Notes: generated from the letters alone by a model not told the origin. A stretch of DNA of 64,000 bases from Eledone cirrhosa (GCA_964016885.1 OZ024754.1:31248001-31312000); one strand, 5' to 3'. Shown: positions 12,899-27,397, numbered from the stretch's first letter. Numbers and translations: made by a program.

Positions 12899-14067
12899 AT
12901 ATATGCATACATACTCATATCTCACAAATCACTAATATCAATAATATCATATTTTTAGAATCATTATTGCTAACATAACCACCACCAATCACTAGTTCCA
13001 TCACCACCATCACCATCAACACCTTCATCACCATCACCACCACCATCAACACCTTCATCACCATCATCACCATCACCACCACCACCACCACCATCAACAC
13101 CTTCATCACCAACACCACCATCACCACCACCATCACCAACACCACCATCATCACCAACACCACCATCACCACCTTCATCACCATCATCACCATCACCAAC
13201 ACCACCATCACCACCATCACCACCAACACCACCATCATCACCATCACCACCATCACCACCAACACCACCATCATCACCATCACCAACACCACCATTACCA
13301 CCTTCATCACCAGCATCACCATCAACAACACGACTATCATCACCATCGCCAACACCAGTAACATCACCACCACCACCATCACCACCATCACCACCATCAT
13401 CACCTCCACCACCACTGACACCACAACCTCAACACTGCAGTCATCACCACTGACACAATCACTACCACCCCAACCACTACCATCACAATCACCATCACCC
13501 AACCACTACCACCACAACCACTACCACCACAACCACTACAACCACCTCAACCACTACCATAACAACCACTACCACCCCCATCCACTACCACCACCACCAC
13601 AACCACTACCACCCCAACCACTACCATCACCACAACAACCACAACCACTAACACTGTTTCTGCCAACATTAACATCTCCTCCAATACAACCATTATGCAT
13701 CCCACCCCACCCTTCACCCCTACAATTCCCCACCCCTTCCCCATTTTCTCATTGTACCATTTGCAGCAGTTAGTAGCAGCACCAGATGCTAGTATGCTAC
13801 AGTGTGACCTACTAAAATACCAACAGTCTTACTTTAATGATGATGTCTTCTATAGCAGACAAACAGACAAACAGACAGACAGACTGACAGACAGACAGAG
13901 AGACAGACAGACAGAGAGACAGGTAGATAGACAGAGAGACAGGTAGACAGAGAGACAGGTAGACAGTTGGGCAGGGAGAGAGACAGACAGGTGAACAGAC
14001 AGACAGATAGACAGACAAACAGCTAGCTAGCTAGATAGAGAGATAGGTAGATAGGTAGATAGATAGA

Positions 14068-15160
14068 TATATTTCTTTATTAGCCACAGGGGCACAAAAG
14101 AAGGGGACAAATACAAAGGGGGAAGTTTACATACAATAAAAACGTGTAAAATGTTATCACAGATGGAATTTAAAAGTTAGTCGATTTTCCCCAATAGAGG
14201 GAGACAGTTTATATGGGTAACACAGACCCCCGAAAAAAATGTGCAACCCTCATCTCCAGGAGTACGAAGAGCTTGTACTCCTTTCCTCTCCTCCTCCTTT
14301 TCCTCAACCTACAGGCTGATATAGAGAGAAGGCCCATTCACTCGGGCCATTCTCGCCACTTTCACCCACCTTTCATAAAACTTGCTGGGGTACAGCACCT
14401 CTCTCTCCATCCTGATTCTTCTTCCAAAGTGGTATTTGAAAAAAAGAATCAGTTGTTGGCCGGAGAGAAAGGTGTCTGACCTCAGCCCTTTCAACCTTGT
14501 CCACCATACAACCTCTTTCGCCATAGCTATCACACAAAGGAAAACCGCCTCTCCTTCGTTTTTGAAGGAGGGTGGCGGTTTGATCATGACAATGGACTCG
14601 GTGGTCAACTGGATTGGTCCCACCCGCGACAATAGTCGTTCCACATAGCCCCACAGGTCAGTGACGCCCGGGCAGTGTATGAATGCGTGCGCGACGGTTT
14701 CTTCGTCTCGCACGCACCTCGGACAGATCTTTTTTGCAGGGTCCCTGCCCGGGCGCCCATGTCTGTAGAGCTTGTCTCGAACTGGTAGAGCTCCTCGGTA
14801 GCACTGCCAGGCCAGGGACTTTTGGAAGTTGTCCATCGGTCCCGGGCGGAAGGTCCTACCGAACAGACTGGCCAGTTCATCTTCCTCCACGCCTAGAGTT
14901 TCACCGAGCGCGTCGTCGCACTTGCTGCGGACCAACCCTCTATAGAATGACGAAGTGGAGTCTCCACTGATCGCCGGGTCCGCCTGCCAGAGGGCTGTGA
15001 GCGCCTGAGCACATTCGATGTGCCAGTCGCCCATTTTCCTCGGTCTCTGCTTGACCCAGGACTGCAGCTCGGTCAGCGAGACGAGTCGTGGGAAGGCTCG
15101 CCTCACGAACGGGGCCCACACCGGTTGTCCGGTGAGGAATACGTAGAGATGCCGCAGCCT
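14068..15160 (-). mobile_element. 5'-truncated Tx1/L1-like LINE (zf-RVT C-terminus plus 3' UTR)
   Basis: AWQCYRGALPVRDKL...CPRC...EETVAHAFIHCP...LW CCHC motif; GC-rich; bounded by (ATAG)n. Confidence 0.85.
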
Positions 15161-15189
<29 letters not shown>

Positions 15190-15191
<2 letters not shown>

Positions 15192-15401
15192 TATTTCTTT
15201 ATTAGCCACAGGGGCACAAAAGAAGGGGACAAATACAAAGGGGGAAGTTTACATACAATAAAAACGTGTAAAATGTTATCACAGATGGAATTTAAAAGTT
15301 AGTCGATTTTCCCCAATAGAGGGAGACAGTTTATATGGGTAACACATACCCCCGAAAAAAAATGTGCAACCCTCATCTCCAGGAGTACGAAGAGCTTGAT
15401 T

Positions 15402-15440
<39 letters not shown>

Positions 15441-15745
15441 TGGTAGCTAGACTGACAAACAAAAAGACAGGATAGATAGATAGATAGATAGATTTCTTTA
15501 TTTGCCACAAGGGCGCACAAGAAAAGGGGACAATACAAAGACATGCCGAGGATTTTACATAGAGTCGTGTAAAAAATATAAAACAAACAATTATAACAAC
15601 CGAAATCCCCAATAGGGGGGAAGCGCCACAAATGGGTTGTTTAATACCCCGTCAATAGAACAACCCTCAACTTCAGGAGCGTGTTGTGCAAGTGCTCGCT
15701 TCTTCCTTTTGCTCTCTTCTTCAACCTACAGGTTTATATACAGAG
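15190..15745 (-). mobile_element. Two more Tx1-like 3' ends (15190-15397 near-identical, 15493-15745 diverged)
   Basis: Repeat of 14068-14275; each abuts (ATAG)n. Another fragment at 15930-16106. Confidence 0.8.
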
Positions 15746-16435
15746 ATTCGCCAACACTACACCTAATGTTCCCCCTCCATACACATACACACATGTATAT
15801 CATGACTCATACACTACTCACTTCCCTGACATTTGTGTATTATTCTATGTACTATACTTGCACCTTTGACGAGTTGTAGTGCACCTGAGCACATTACACA
15901 ATAATTTCATTATTATTATTATTATTTTTAGAAGGCCCAATCACTCGAGCCATTTTTGTCACATTCACCCACCTTTCAGTAAAGTTACTGGGGTGCAGTG
16001 CCTCTCTCTCCACTCTGATTCTCCTTCTAAAGTGATACTTAAAGAAAGGAATCAATTGTTGTCCGGAGAGAAAGGCATCTGTCTTCAGTCCTTTCAACCT
16101 CGTCCATAATGTCAGAGAGGGAGGGGGGGGAGACATGCAGATATTTCTGCGCCAGTTTACTTTGGTGTGTGTGTGTGTGTACATGCATGAGTGTTCGTGT
16201 TTGTCTGTAGTCAGTACCAATCTACTATCTACCTATCTATCTCGTCCACCATAGATAGATAGGTACTCACTAGAGACAAACATGAACACGCATGCATGTA
16301 CATACACACACACCAAAGTAAACTGACACAAATATCTGAATGTCACCCCCCCCCCACTCCCTTATGTGTATATATATGTGTGTGTGTCATTTTGCATGTA
16401 AATAACTATATCTATATATATATGTGTATACCAGT

Positions 16436-16775
16436 GGAGGCACATGGCTTAGTGGTTAGAGCATTGGGCTTGCAATTGAAAGGTTGTGAGTTCAATTCTC
16501 AGGCCGGGTGATGTGTAGTTTCCTTGAGCAAGACACTTTATTTCACATTGCTCCAGTTTAGCTGTAGAAATGAGATGATAGGGACTGGGGTCCCTATCAT
16601 ACCACTGTAAAGTGGTCGTGGAGGTGCCCCGGCAAAAAAAGCACCCAGCACTCACTGTAAAATGAGGTTGGTGTTAGGAAGGGCATCCAGCTGTAGAAGT
16701 CAAGCCAGAATCAGTTCGCTGTCTAACCCATGCTAGTGTGGAAGAAGGGACGTAAAACGGTGATGATGATGATGA
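16436..16775 (+). mobile_element. SINE family A (variant tail); partial - copy at 16970-17183
   Basis: Sequence match to 18672-19018. Confidence 0.85.
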
Positions 16776-16777
16776 TA

Positions 16778-16943
16778 CCGTATTTCCCGGCACCGAAGAC
16801 GCTTTGTCCTCGAGGACGCACCCTAATTTTGACAACCAAAAATTAAAAAAAAATAATAAAGAACCTTCGACCCCAGGACGCATGGTAGATTTTTGAGACT
16901 CATTTTAGGAAAAAAGTAGCATCTTCGACACCGGGAAATATGG
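16778..16943. mobile_element. Tc1/mariner-pogo-type MITE
   Basis: TA-CCGTATTTCCCGG...CCGGGAAATATGG-TA terminal inverted repeats. Confidence 0.8.
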
Positions 16944-17249
16944 TATATATATATATATATGTATATATATCATCATCATCATCATCACCGTTTTACGTCC
17001 ATTCTTCCACGCTAGCATGGGTTAGGCTGGTTGCCCTCTTGTGGGCAGTGTCCAGTCGGCTGACCATGTGGGAACTGATTCTGGCTTGATTTCTACAGCT
17101 GGGTGCCCTTCCTAACACCAACCTCATTTACAGTGTGGGCTGGGTGCTTTTTTGCCGTGGCACCTCCACGACCACTTTGCAGTGGGAGCGGGTGGGGGCA
17201 TATTGTCTATATGCTTCAGCTTCAGCTTGTTCCTGTGGGAAGTCGGGTC

Positions 17250-17335
<86 letters not shown>

Positions 17336-17500
17336 CATCATCATCATCGTCATTATTTAATATTCATTCTCCACACTAGAATGGGTTAGATGAGTTGTCC
17401 CGTTGTGAGACAAGCTAGATCTGATGACCGTATTTTGCTCATACAGAACTCATATATATATATATATATATATATATACTTATATTAATATATATACATA

Positions 17501-17920
17501 CATGGTGGCTGCCAACTTGTTTTCGAGTACGCCCACTACTTTATAGCCATGCAGGAGAACCCCTACCGATGCGCTGAACGAGTGTGACCTTTTAGTCCAG
17601 CCAGCGACTTGAAAACTCTGGTACAAACACTACACTTGTGACAATTACTGACACATAGTGCTGGGCCCATGCTACCATGTGACGACAAGTGCAGAGAGAT
17701 CTCCAGATATAAAGCAATGCCTGTGCCGTGAAGCTTTTACAGATGACCCCTTAGCCTTTGTCAAGGCAGAATTCTAGGAGAAGGAAAACTCTGATATAAC
17801 ACCTGCAACCCTGATGGTATCCAATGATGTTGACTTGTTCTTCTTTTTGGTAAATATCATCTTGGTTAAGAGAGTGGGACTGGCTTTGTGTAGCGCCTTT
17901 GCTCACTATAAAAGCTTCAC
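17501..17920. mobile_element. Copy of the 410 bp element with its 5' half inverted
   Basis: 17501-17739 is the 3' half on -, and 17741-17920 is the 5' half on +. Confidence 0.75.
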
Positions 17921-17985
17921 ATACATACATACATACATACATACATACATACATACATACCTATATCATTATTATTATCATCATT

Positions 17986-18180
17986 GGCGGTGAATTGGCA
18001 GTCTCGGTAGAGGGTCGGACGCCATGCTTTCCAGCATAGTTACGTCCCTTTACGATCTGAGTTCAAATCTCGCCGAGGTTGACTTTGCCTTTCATCCTTA
18101 CGGGGTTGATTAAATAAAGTACCAGTAATGCACTGGGTAATTGCTGGCCTTGTTCCTAATGTAGAAACAATTATTATTAT
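17986..18180 (+). mobile_element. SINE family B (~190 bp)
   Basis: TGGCAG..TCGGTAG A-box-like and GAGTTCAAATC B box; CTTTGCCTTTCATCCTTACGGGGT(C/T)GAT core; (ATT)n tail. Other copies: 2669-2848+, 10311-10483-, 10484-10695+, 20560-20880-, 42006-42187-, 53673-53866-, 54610-55172+, 61475-61668+. Confidence 0.85.
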
Positions 18181-18671
18181 CATCATTCTTAGTTCCTTGT
18201 TTTCATGGGTTGTGTTGGGTTGGATAGGTCATCAACAGTATGGTGTTTTAATACTTGTTGCGATCACTCTATCTCCTTCAGGACACACTTGAGACCAGCA
18301 ATCACCATTTCTGCATGTGTCTTCTTTGGCTTTCCACATCTCTAAGTTCATTCCATTTATATCACTTGGCATTTTTGCTAGTTTCTTTCACTCAGCATTG
18401 ATGTCTTCTTTCCTTTAGATGGAATAATATCAACATTAGATTTAGCTACATCAAAACACAATGTTGGTGTGTTTCCTTATTTGTCTTTCTCAGAGTAATA
18501 TTTCAGCATTTACAGTAGCTGGCTCCTTTGTCATTTTTATCTTGTTTAAGCCAACACATCAATTCTGAATTTGCAGTCATTGTTCCTTCAATGACTGTAC
18601 ATACTATACTGTACATACTTCTTTTTTAGCAGGAGCTTGCATTTCACCACTTATTATAATAAAGGACAAAT

Positions 18672-19018
18672 GGAGGCACATGGCTTAGTGGTTAGAGCAT
18701 TGGCCTTGCAATCAAAAGGTTGTGAGTTCAATTCTCAGACCGGGTGATGTGTTGTTTCCTTGAGCAAGACACTTTATTTCACATTTCTCCAGTTTACTCA
18801 GCTGTAGAAATGAGATGATAGGGACTGGGGTCCCTATCATACCACTGCAAAGTGGTCGTTGAGGTGCCACGGCAAAAAAGCACCCAGCACTCACTGTAAA
18901 TGAGGTTGGTGTTAGGAAGGGCATCCAGCTGTAGAAATCAAGCCAGAATCAGTTCCTGTCCCACCCTTGCAAGCAGGGAAAAAGCGGACGTAAAATGAAA
19001 TGATGATGAAATGATGAA
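18672..19018 (+). mobile_element. tRNA-derived SINE family A (~345 bp, RTE-type tail)
   Basis: A box TGGCTTAGTGG, B box GAGTTCAATTC, core CCTTGAGCAAGACACTT, tail shared with the RTE 3' UTR, (GAT)n end. Confidence 0.9.
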
Positions 19019-21759
19019 ATAATATACAAATTTAGGAAGGTTGTAAGAATTAAAACAGGGAACTGCTCCTATACATGTCCCAACACACAACCAACAATAT
19101 TGAATGTCATATTTATCAGGCACTAAGTAGCTACTGTATTGTGTATGTCTACAACAGCAATACATCAACAAGATACATAAGGCTTACAGATCCCCTTTTA
19201 GTTAAGCACAATCTGCGATTTGTAGTTTATGAGGATATGTTTTCCATAATGTTACAGATTATGTGGACAATTTCAATTCTACTACCCCTTAATTTTCAAA
19301 CAAATTGAGACAGAGAGGTGAAGTTCTCTCAGTTTCTAATTGGAATGAGTGAATGTGTGGTTATATCAGCTTTTAAAGGCAGTCATAGTGAATCCTGTAT
19401 AATTCCTCTTAACCCTTTAGCATTTAAACTGGCCATATCCAACCAGAATTCCCTCACCTCTTTCTGTTCAAACCAGCTGTAACTGGCTACTCATACTGAT
19501 GTTAAGGTATTGTTCTCAAAATAAATAGTATCAAAATCTTATAGATTCGATATTATGTGAGATAAGTATGTGAGGTAAAGCCTTTACTTTGAAAATACAA
19601 TAGTAAATATAGAGTAATGTAAATGCTAAGGTGTTAGTATCATTTGCTACTGTTAATTTTGTTGTATATATCACCACCTAAGAGAGACATGATACTTTAA
19701 ATTAACAATATTCTGCAGTTAAAAGCTAAATGTTGAATGAGAGATGTCATAGATTGTTGGGTGAGCTCACATACACATTATTGTTGTTGAAATTTTGTGG
19801 GCATTTATGTGTGATTGACAAATGAGATCTTAATAGGGATAGACTATTCGCGGCCATATTGTCAATTACATTCATATTCAATGCTGGATTGAATCAAGTT
19901 ATTTTAATTTTCATTGCTCTGTTGTGGTGGAGGCAAGAGGAGTTCCTTGCATACTGGTTTCTTGCTAAAGCCATATCTTATTATGGTTTCGCTGTAATAG
20001 AGTGCAGTTCTGTTGACAATGCCCCTGACAGTAAATAGATTGAAAACTCTTCTACATCTATGAAGTTCTTAATTAAGGCTTGGGTGGGAATTAATTGGAG
20101 TTCTTGTGTGTGTGTGCATGGTGCTGAATTGGCAGACCTGTTAGAGCATCAGCTTAAATGCTTCATGGTATTTATTCTGACTCTCTGAACCCTGAGTTCA
20201 AATCCCTTTGAGGTTAACTTCACCTTTCTTTCTTTTAACATTGATAAAATAAACTAACAGTTTTGGGTGGTGGATTAGCATAATTCTTAGCTTATTAGAT
20301 GTGATGCTTTGCAGTATCTCTTTCGGCCATTTGTATTCTGAGTTCACCTATGATAACATTGATGCCACTTTCCTTTTAGACATCTGTAGTGTGGAAAGGG
20401 GAGATTTCCATGCAAGGGCAGCTGAGTCTCCAAAAATATTTTTATTTTAAAACTTTCCTAGGCCTGCACCTTAGAAATAAACTTTCCAATCACAGATTAT
20501 TGGTCTCACTATCATACAAGGGATCCCTAAATAAAACATCTCAGTTTGGATTTCTATTGAGATAATTGTTTCTACTTTTGGCACAAGGCCAGTAATTATC
20601 CCAGTACGTTACTGGTACTTTCTTCTGATGAAATCTAATGTCAGGTCAAAAATATTAACAATTGTTGGGTCGGCGAATAACCATTATAGATTTCTAATTT
20701 AGGTACAAACAAAGCCAGTAAATTTTGGGGTAGTGAGGGCAAAGTTTGCTAAATCAACCCCAGTATTTGACTGGTACTTTATTTTATTGACCTTCAAAGG
20801 ATGAAAGGCAAAACTGACCTTAGCAGGATTAAATCACAATAGCTTCTTATCCGATGCTCTTCCGACTCTACCAGTCCACTCTCCTTCTATAAACATTGCT
20901 GTAATACATTCTAAAATCATTCTATCAGTGTTTCTTTGTATGGGAGGAAAGAAAATCCTGTTGTTGCCATTGGCAACAATGGATGACAGTGATGAAAGTA
21001 TAAATAGTGACTGCCTTGAGACATTTTCTCTCAAGATGGACAGCAATGAAGGAAATATGTAATTTGCATTGATGAGTAATTAAGCATGTGAAGGATAACA
21101 CTTCTTATGTGTTCATTATCACAGTCGTCATCATCATCATCATCACCATCATCTTCATATACAGCATTATTATAAGAATCATGCTCTGCCGCCTCCTCTT
21201 CATTGTCATCATCATCTTCATATACAGCATTATCATGAGAATCCTCCTCCCCTTCCTCATCATCATCATCATCATCATCGTCATCGTCATCATCATCATC
21301 ATCATCATCGTCATTATCGTCCTCATCACCTCCACCACCACCACCTTCATATACAGTATATCGCCATCAACATCATCACCTCCACCATCATCATCATCAT
21401 CGTCATCGTCATCATCATCGTCATCATCATCATCATCATCATCATCATCGTCATCATCGTCCTCATCACCTCCACCACCACCACCTCCATATACAGTGTA
21501 TCGCCATCAACATCATCACCTCCACCATCACTTTCACCATCACAGTCATCATCACCACTACCATCAGCATCATCACCTTCAACACCTTTATCAACATCAT
21601 CATCATCATCATCGATATCATCATCATCATCATCGATATCATCATCATCATCATCATCACCATCATCCTTATCATCATTATTACATTCACTATTGACAAC
21701 ACAATTAATTCTATGCTAGTGCCAGCCTCTACAACCACCACCACCACCACCATCATTAC

Positions 21760-21816
<57 letters not shown>

Positions 21817-22853
21817 TATCGTCATCATCACCTTTACCATTACCATCACCATCATCATCATCACTTTTACTATCGCTACCACCACCTCCACCACCACCAT
21901 CACCATCATCATCAGCATTTTTACCATCACAACCACCAACCACCACCACCATTAGCATCACCATCACCATCATCATCATCACCACCACCATCACAACCAC
22001 CACTATCCCACCACCATTACCACCACCATCACCATCATCATCACCTCCACCATTACAACCACCAACCAGCACCTCCACCACCATCACAACCACCACCATC
22101 ACCACCATTACCCTCACCATCACCATCATCATAACCATCACCACCACCACCACCATTACCACCACCATCACCATCATCATCATCACCACCACCATCACAA
22201 CCACCACCATCACCTCCATTACCCTCACCATCACCATCATCATCACCTCAACCATCACCACCACCACCACCATCACCACCACCATCACAACCACCACCAT
22301 CACCTCCATTACCCTCACCATCACCATCACCTCAACCATCACCACCACCACCTCCATTACCACCACCATCGCCATCATCATCACCTCCACCATTACAACC
22401 ACCAACCAGCACCTCCACCGCCATCACAACCACCAACCACCACCACCAACCACCACCATCACCATCACCATCACCACCGCAATCACCGCCACCTCGACCA
22501 TCTCCATCACCATCACAAACACCATCACAATATCCAACCACCGCCATCACCATCACTATAACAACCATCAACAACAACCACCTCACCACCGCAATAGTAT
22601 TATTACCATTGTTACCATGGTTACTTTCAGCACCGTTTCCATAGTTACTTTTTTTCTCAGAAACTTTCTTCTAGTCTCCATGCAACTGATCAGCTGACCA
22701 GCCTATATCTCATTTGAACATACACACACATATACATATATATATATATACATATATACATACATACACACACATATATATATATATATACATATATACA
22801 TACATACATACACACACACATATATATATATATATATACATACATATATACAT

Positions 22854-22896
<43 letters not shown>

Positions 22897-22947
22897 TACA
22901 TACATACACACACATATATATATATATACATATATACATACATACAT

Positions 22948-22985
<38 letters not shown>

Positions 22986-22997
22986 ACATATATACAT

Positions 22998-23038
<41 letters not shown>

Positions 23039-23093
23039 TACATACATACACACATATATATATATATATACATATATACATATATACATACAT

Positions 23094-23142
<49 letters not shown>

Positions 23143-23207
23143 TACATATATACATACATACATACACACATATATATATATATATATATATACATATATA
23201 CATACAT

Positions 23208-23237
<30 letters not shown>

Positions 23238-23239
<2 letters not shown>

Positions 23240-25010
23240 CATCATCATCATCATCATCATCATCGTTTAACGTCCGTGTTCCACGCTTGCATGGGTTTGG
23301 ACGGGGGTAGTCCCACTTGAGGCAAGAGTGATTGTCTTGCTCGCATAGGACTGTCTGGCAGGTTTTCTACAGTTGGATGCCCTTCCTAACACCAACCACA
23401 TTTACAGTGTGGGTCTGGGAGGTTTTTACCGTGTTGCCTACACGACCACATTACAGCGTGGACTGTGTGTTTTTTTGTCGTGACACCTACACGATCTCAT
23501 TTGTTTCGGCCTCGATGGCGCGGCACCAACATAACTTTACATAGAACGGGGTGGTGTGGATGGGGTGGGACGGGGTGTATTTTGTTAGAGATGCCTACTG
23601 GCTGGAGTAGGTTTTACTATATATTTAGGTAAGGCGGGTCTTCTCTGTTACTGAGTACCGCCAAAGGTCTCGGTCCAGTGACATTGTCTTGGAGAGGTGT
23701 AAGTGTGTGATGTCGGAGTTTATCAGCTCGTCCCAGGTTTTTCTAGGTCTGCCTATTCCGTGACTACCGTCTATCTTTATTGCCCTGCACTTTGTTATAC
23801 AGCTATCGACTTTCATGCGCATCACGTGTCCATACCAACATAGCCTTCTCTCGAGTAAACAACATCTGATCCCTCTTATCTCTAATTTTTTCCTTAGTTC
23901 GTTTATGCTTTGCCGTTCACGTATATTACTGTTACACATCCAGCGGAGCATGCAAGCTTCGTTCCTCTCTAGTCTGCGTATATCCTCTGCACACAATGCC
24001 CAGGTCTCACTGCCATGCAGCATTGCTGTTCGTATGCAGGCATCGTACAACCTGCCTTTCATTTTTAGGGAGAACCCTCTAGCGGCTAATAGTGGTATAA
24101 GCTCTCTGAACTTTTTCCATCCAGTTCTGACTCTAGCTACAGTACTTTCAGAGCACCCTCCCCCACTGCTGATTTTATCGCCCAGGTAACGGAAGCTGTC
24201 CACTATTTCTATAGAACCCTCTGCGCAATTGAAAGAGCTAGTATTTTGTGGGCACTTGCTGCTACTTATTGCACCAGAACACCGGCCACATGTGAAATCT
24301 ATGTTTTTAGTTAGCTTACCTGTGATCCCACTACATCTTTTATGCACCCATACTTTGCATTTAGGACATAAAATGGAGTTTCTACCTACGCCTTTCCTAC
24401 ACACCGAGCACGACCATTTCCCAGAAGGGATCGCCGCCTTGTTTTCTTTCCTACAAACTAGAACTTTGGTCTTAGCCAGGTTAATTTTAAGTCCTTTTGA
24501 CTCTAGGCCGTGCTTCCATGTTTGGAATTTCTTCTCTAGCTCGGCCATTGATTCCGCTATGAGTGTCAGGTCGTCTGCGTATAGGAGTTCCCATGGGCAG
24601 CCTGTCTTGAACTCCTCTGTTATAGCCTGAAGGGCAATAATAAATAGTAGGGGGCTGAGAACAGAGCCCTGATGGACGCCAACTTTTACGCTAAACTCTT
24701 CACTATATTCGTTGTTAATTCTAACCTTGCTGACTGTTTCTTTATACATGGCTTGTATAGCCCTCACAAGCCATTCGTCAATGCCTAGTTTTCTAAGAGC
24801 CCACCAGATAATGGAGCGGGGGACTCTGTCGAAGGCTTTCTCCAAGTCGACAAAAGCTAAGTAGAGGGGTTTACCTTTAGCTAGGTACTTCTCCTGTAGT
24901 TGTCGTACTATGAAAAGAGCGTCTGTGGTACTTTTGCCTGACACAAACCCGAACTGCATTTCATCTAGGTCAATTCTCTCTCTGATTAGTTGCGCTAATA
25001 TAGTTGCGCT
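23238..25010 (-). mobile_element. 5'-truncated RTE-clade LINE (RT ORF 23625-~25000, 3' UTR, (GAT)n tail)
   Basis: [71 protein letters not shown]. The N-terminal part of the listed ORF is microsatellite. Confidence 0.95.
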
Positions 25011-25069
25011 AATATATATACATATATACATACATACACACATATATATATATACATATATACATACAT

Positions 25070-25100
<31 letters not shown>

Positions 25101-25201
25101 CATATATACACACATACATACATACACACACATATATATATATACATATATACATACATACACACACACATATATATATATATATACATATATACATACA
25201 T

Positions 25202-25232
<31 letters not shown>

Positions 25233-25772
25233 CATATATACATACATACATACACACACATATATATATATATATACATATATACATACATACACACACA
25301 CACACACATATATATATATACATATATACATACATACATACATACACACACATATATATACATATATACATACATACACACACACACATATATATATATA
25401 TACATATATACATACATACACTCACACACACACACATATATATACGTACATGCATACACACACACATGCATATATATATATATATATATATATACACGCA
25501 CACATACATATATATATATATAGATATATATATATATATATGTATATACATATATACGCCCACATACATATATGTACATATATACATACATACATACATA
25601 CATACACTCCTTCCAGTGGGTCCTGTCTGAAGCAACTGTCAATGTATCTATCATCATCATCATCATCTTTGTTTAACGTCCATCTTCCACGTCCATATGT
25701 ATATATATGTATATACATATATATTCATACATATATATATATATATTTATATATATATATATATAAAAATAA

Positions 25773-25832
<60 letters not shown>

Positions 25833-25844
25833 ATATATATTTAC

Positions 25845-25875
<31 letters not shown>

Positions 25876-25915
25876 CATATATATTTACATATATATATCT
25901 AAATAAATATATATT

Positions 25916-25973
<58 letters not shown>

Positions 25974-26115
25974 TTTTATTATAGATGAGATTCTACAGGA
26001 CTAGAACTGTTTCATTCTTTAGAAATCATGCTGCAATGTATTGAGTACCTTACTTACTGTGGTTACCTCCGATTCAACCCGGAATAACGTATTATATATA
26101 TATATATATATATAT

Positions 26116-26425
26116 CAAAAGGTTGTGAGTTCAATTCTCAGACCGGGTGATGTGTTGTTTCCTTGAGCAAGACACTTTATTTCACATTGCTCCAGTTTAC
26201 TCAGCTGTAGTAATGAGATGATAGGGACTGGGGTCCCTATCATTCCACTGCAAAGTGGTCGTGGAGGTGCCAAGGCAAAAAAGCACCCAGCACTCACTAT
26301 AAATGAAGTTGGTTTTAGGAAGGGCATCCAGCTGTAGAAATCAAGCCAGAATCAGTTCCCGTCCCACCCTTGCAAGCAAGGGAAAAGTGGACGTAAAATG
26401 AAATGATGATGATGAATGATGATGA
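26116..26425 (+). mobile_element. SINE family A, 5'-truncated
   Basis: Sequence match to 18712-19018. Confidence 0.85.
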
Positions 26426-26431
26426 TATATA

Positions 26432-26899
26432 TATATAATAAAGAAGAAATTAAAAGATGGTTAAAAGAGTTCCATATATTTTATTATGCGCATTTCGAAT
26501 ACAAAATCATCCTGGGACAAAAATTGTGTTCTCATCAGATAAAATAAGGTAAGATGATATGAGGCATAATAGCACTTGTTTACAGGAAAGTGGTAAGTCT
26601 ACATATATGATATGTAGACTACATATCATATATGTAGACTTAGCATATCATATATGTAGACTTACCACTTTCCTGTAAGCAAGTGCTATTATGCCTCATA
26701 TCATCTTACCTTATTTTATCTGATGAGAACATAATTGTTGTCCCAGGATGATTTTGTATTCTAAATGCGTATAAAAAAATATATGGAACTCTTTTAACCA
26801 TCTTTTAATTTCTTCTTTATTATATATACTCCAGTTCTACCAACTGTTGAGTGCTACTTATCTGATATATGCATAGTTTTATTTACAATATTACTCACC

Positions 26900-26902
<3 letters not shown>
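26432..26902 (+). mobile_element. Diverged subfamily of the fold-back hammerhead element
   Basis: Inverted arms ~26432-26622 and ~26643-26828. Intact HHR on - at 26477-26546 with the covarying stem II base GAA/TTC. Confidence 0.75.
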
Positions 26903-26950
<48 letters not shown>

Positions 26951-27397
26951 AACAAGAGGTATAAGTCAACATTTCAAATTTTACTTCTTTTATTACCGTT
27001 ATATATATATATATCGGTGATAACCATAATTCAACAGCTATACATGCAAACATACATACACACATACATACACACATACACACACACAGACAGACATACA
27101 TACATACATATACACACACATACATATATACATACACACATACATATACACATACACACACACAATTACTATTATTACTCAACGAAACAACTGTTGGGAC
27201 ATCGAAGTAAATAGGTTAAAAAAATGTTTTATCTTGTTTACTTTTCCCAAATATAATTTTATGCTCTGATGAATTGATCTTGATTAATTCCTTCATTGAG
27301 CAAAACTGGTATTGGTTGGACTCCCTCATATGTATGTCTATACTTATGTGTATATATATATATATACTGGTCGTGATGGCGAACATGGGGAAAAGTG

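Noticed and set aside
18672-18745. tRNA genes
   Set aside because: These are tRNA-like heads of SINEs with no complete cloverleaf, continuing into the SINE body.
19880-21060. Possible exons in unique sequence (~19895-20015 on -, ~20980-21058 on +)
   Set aside because: Short open frames only, with no recognisable homology or consistent splice chain.
25010-25421. N-terminal extension of the 598-aa RT ORF
   Set aside because: Microsatellite read-through; the element is 5'-truncated and lacks the endonuclease.
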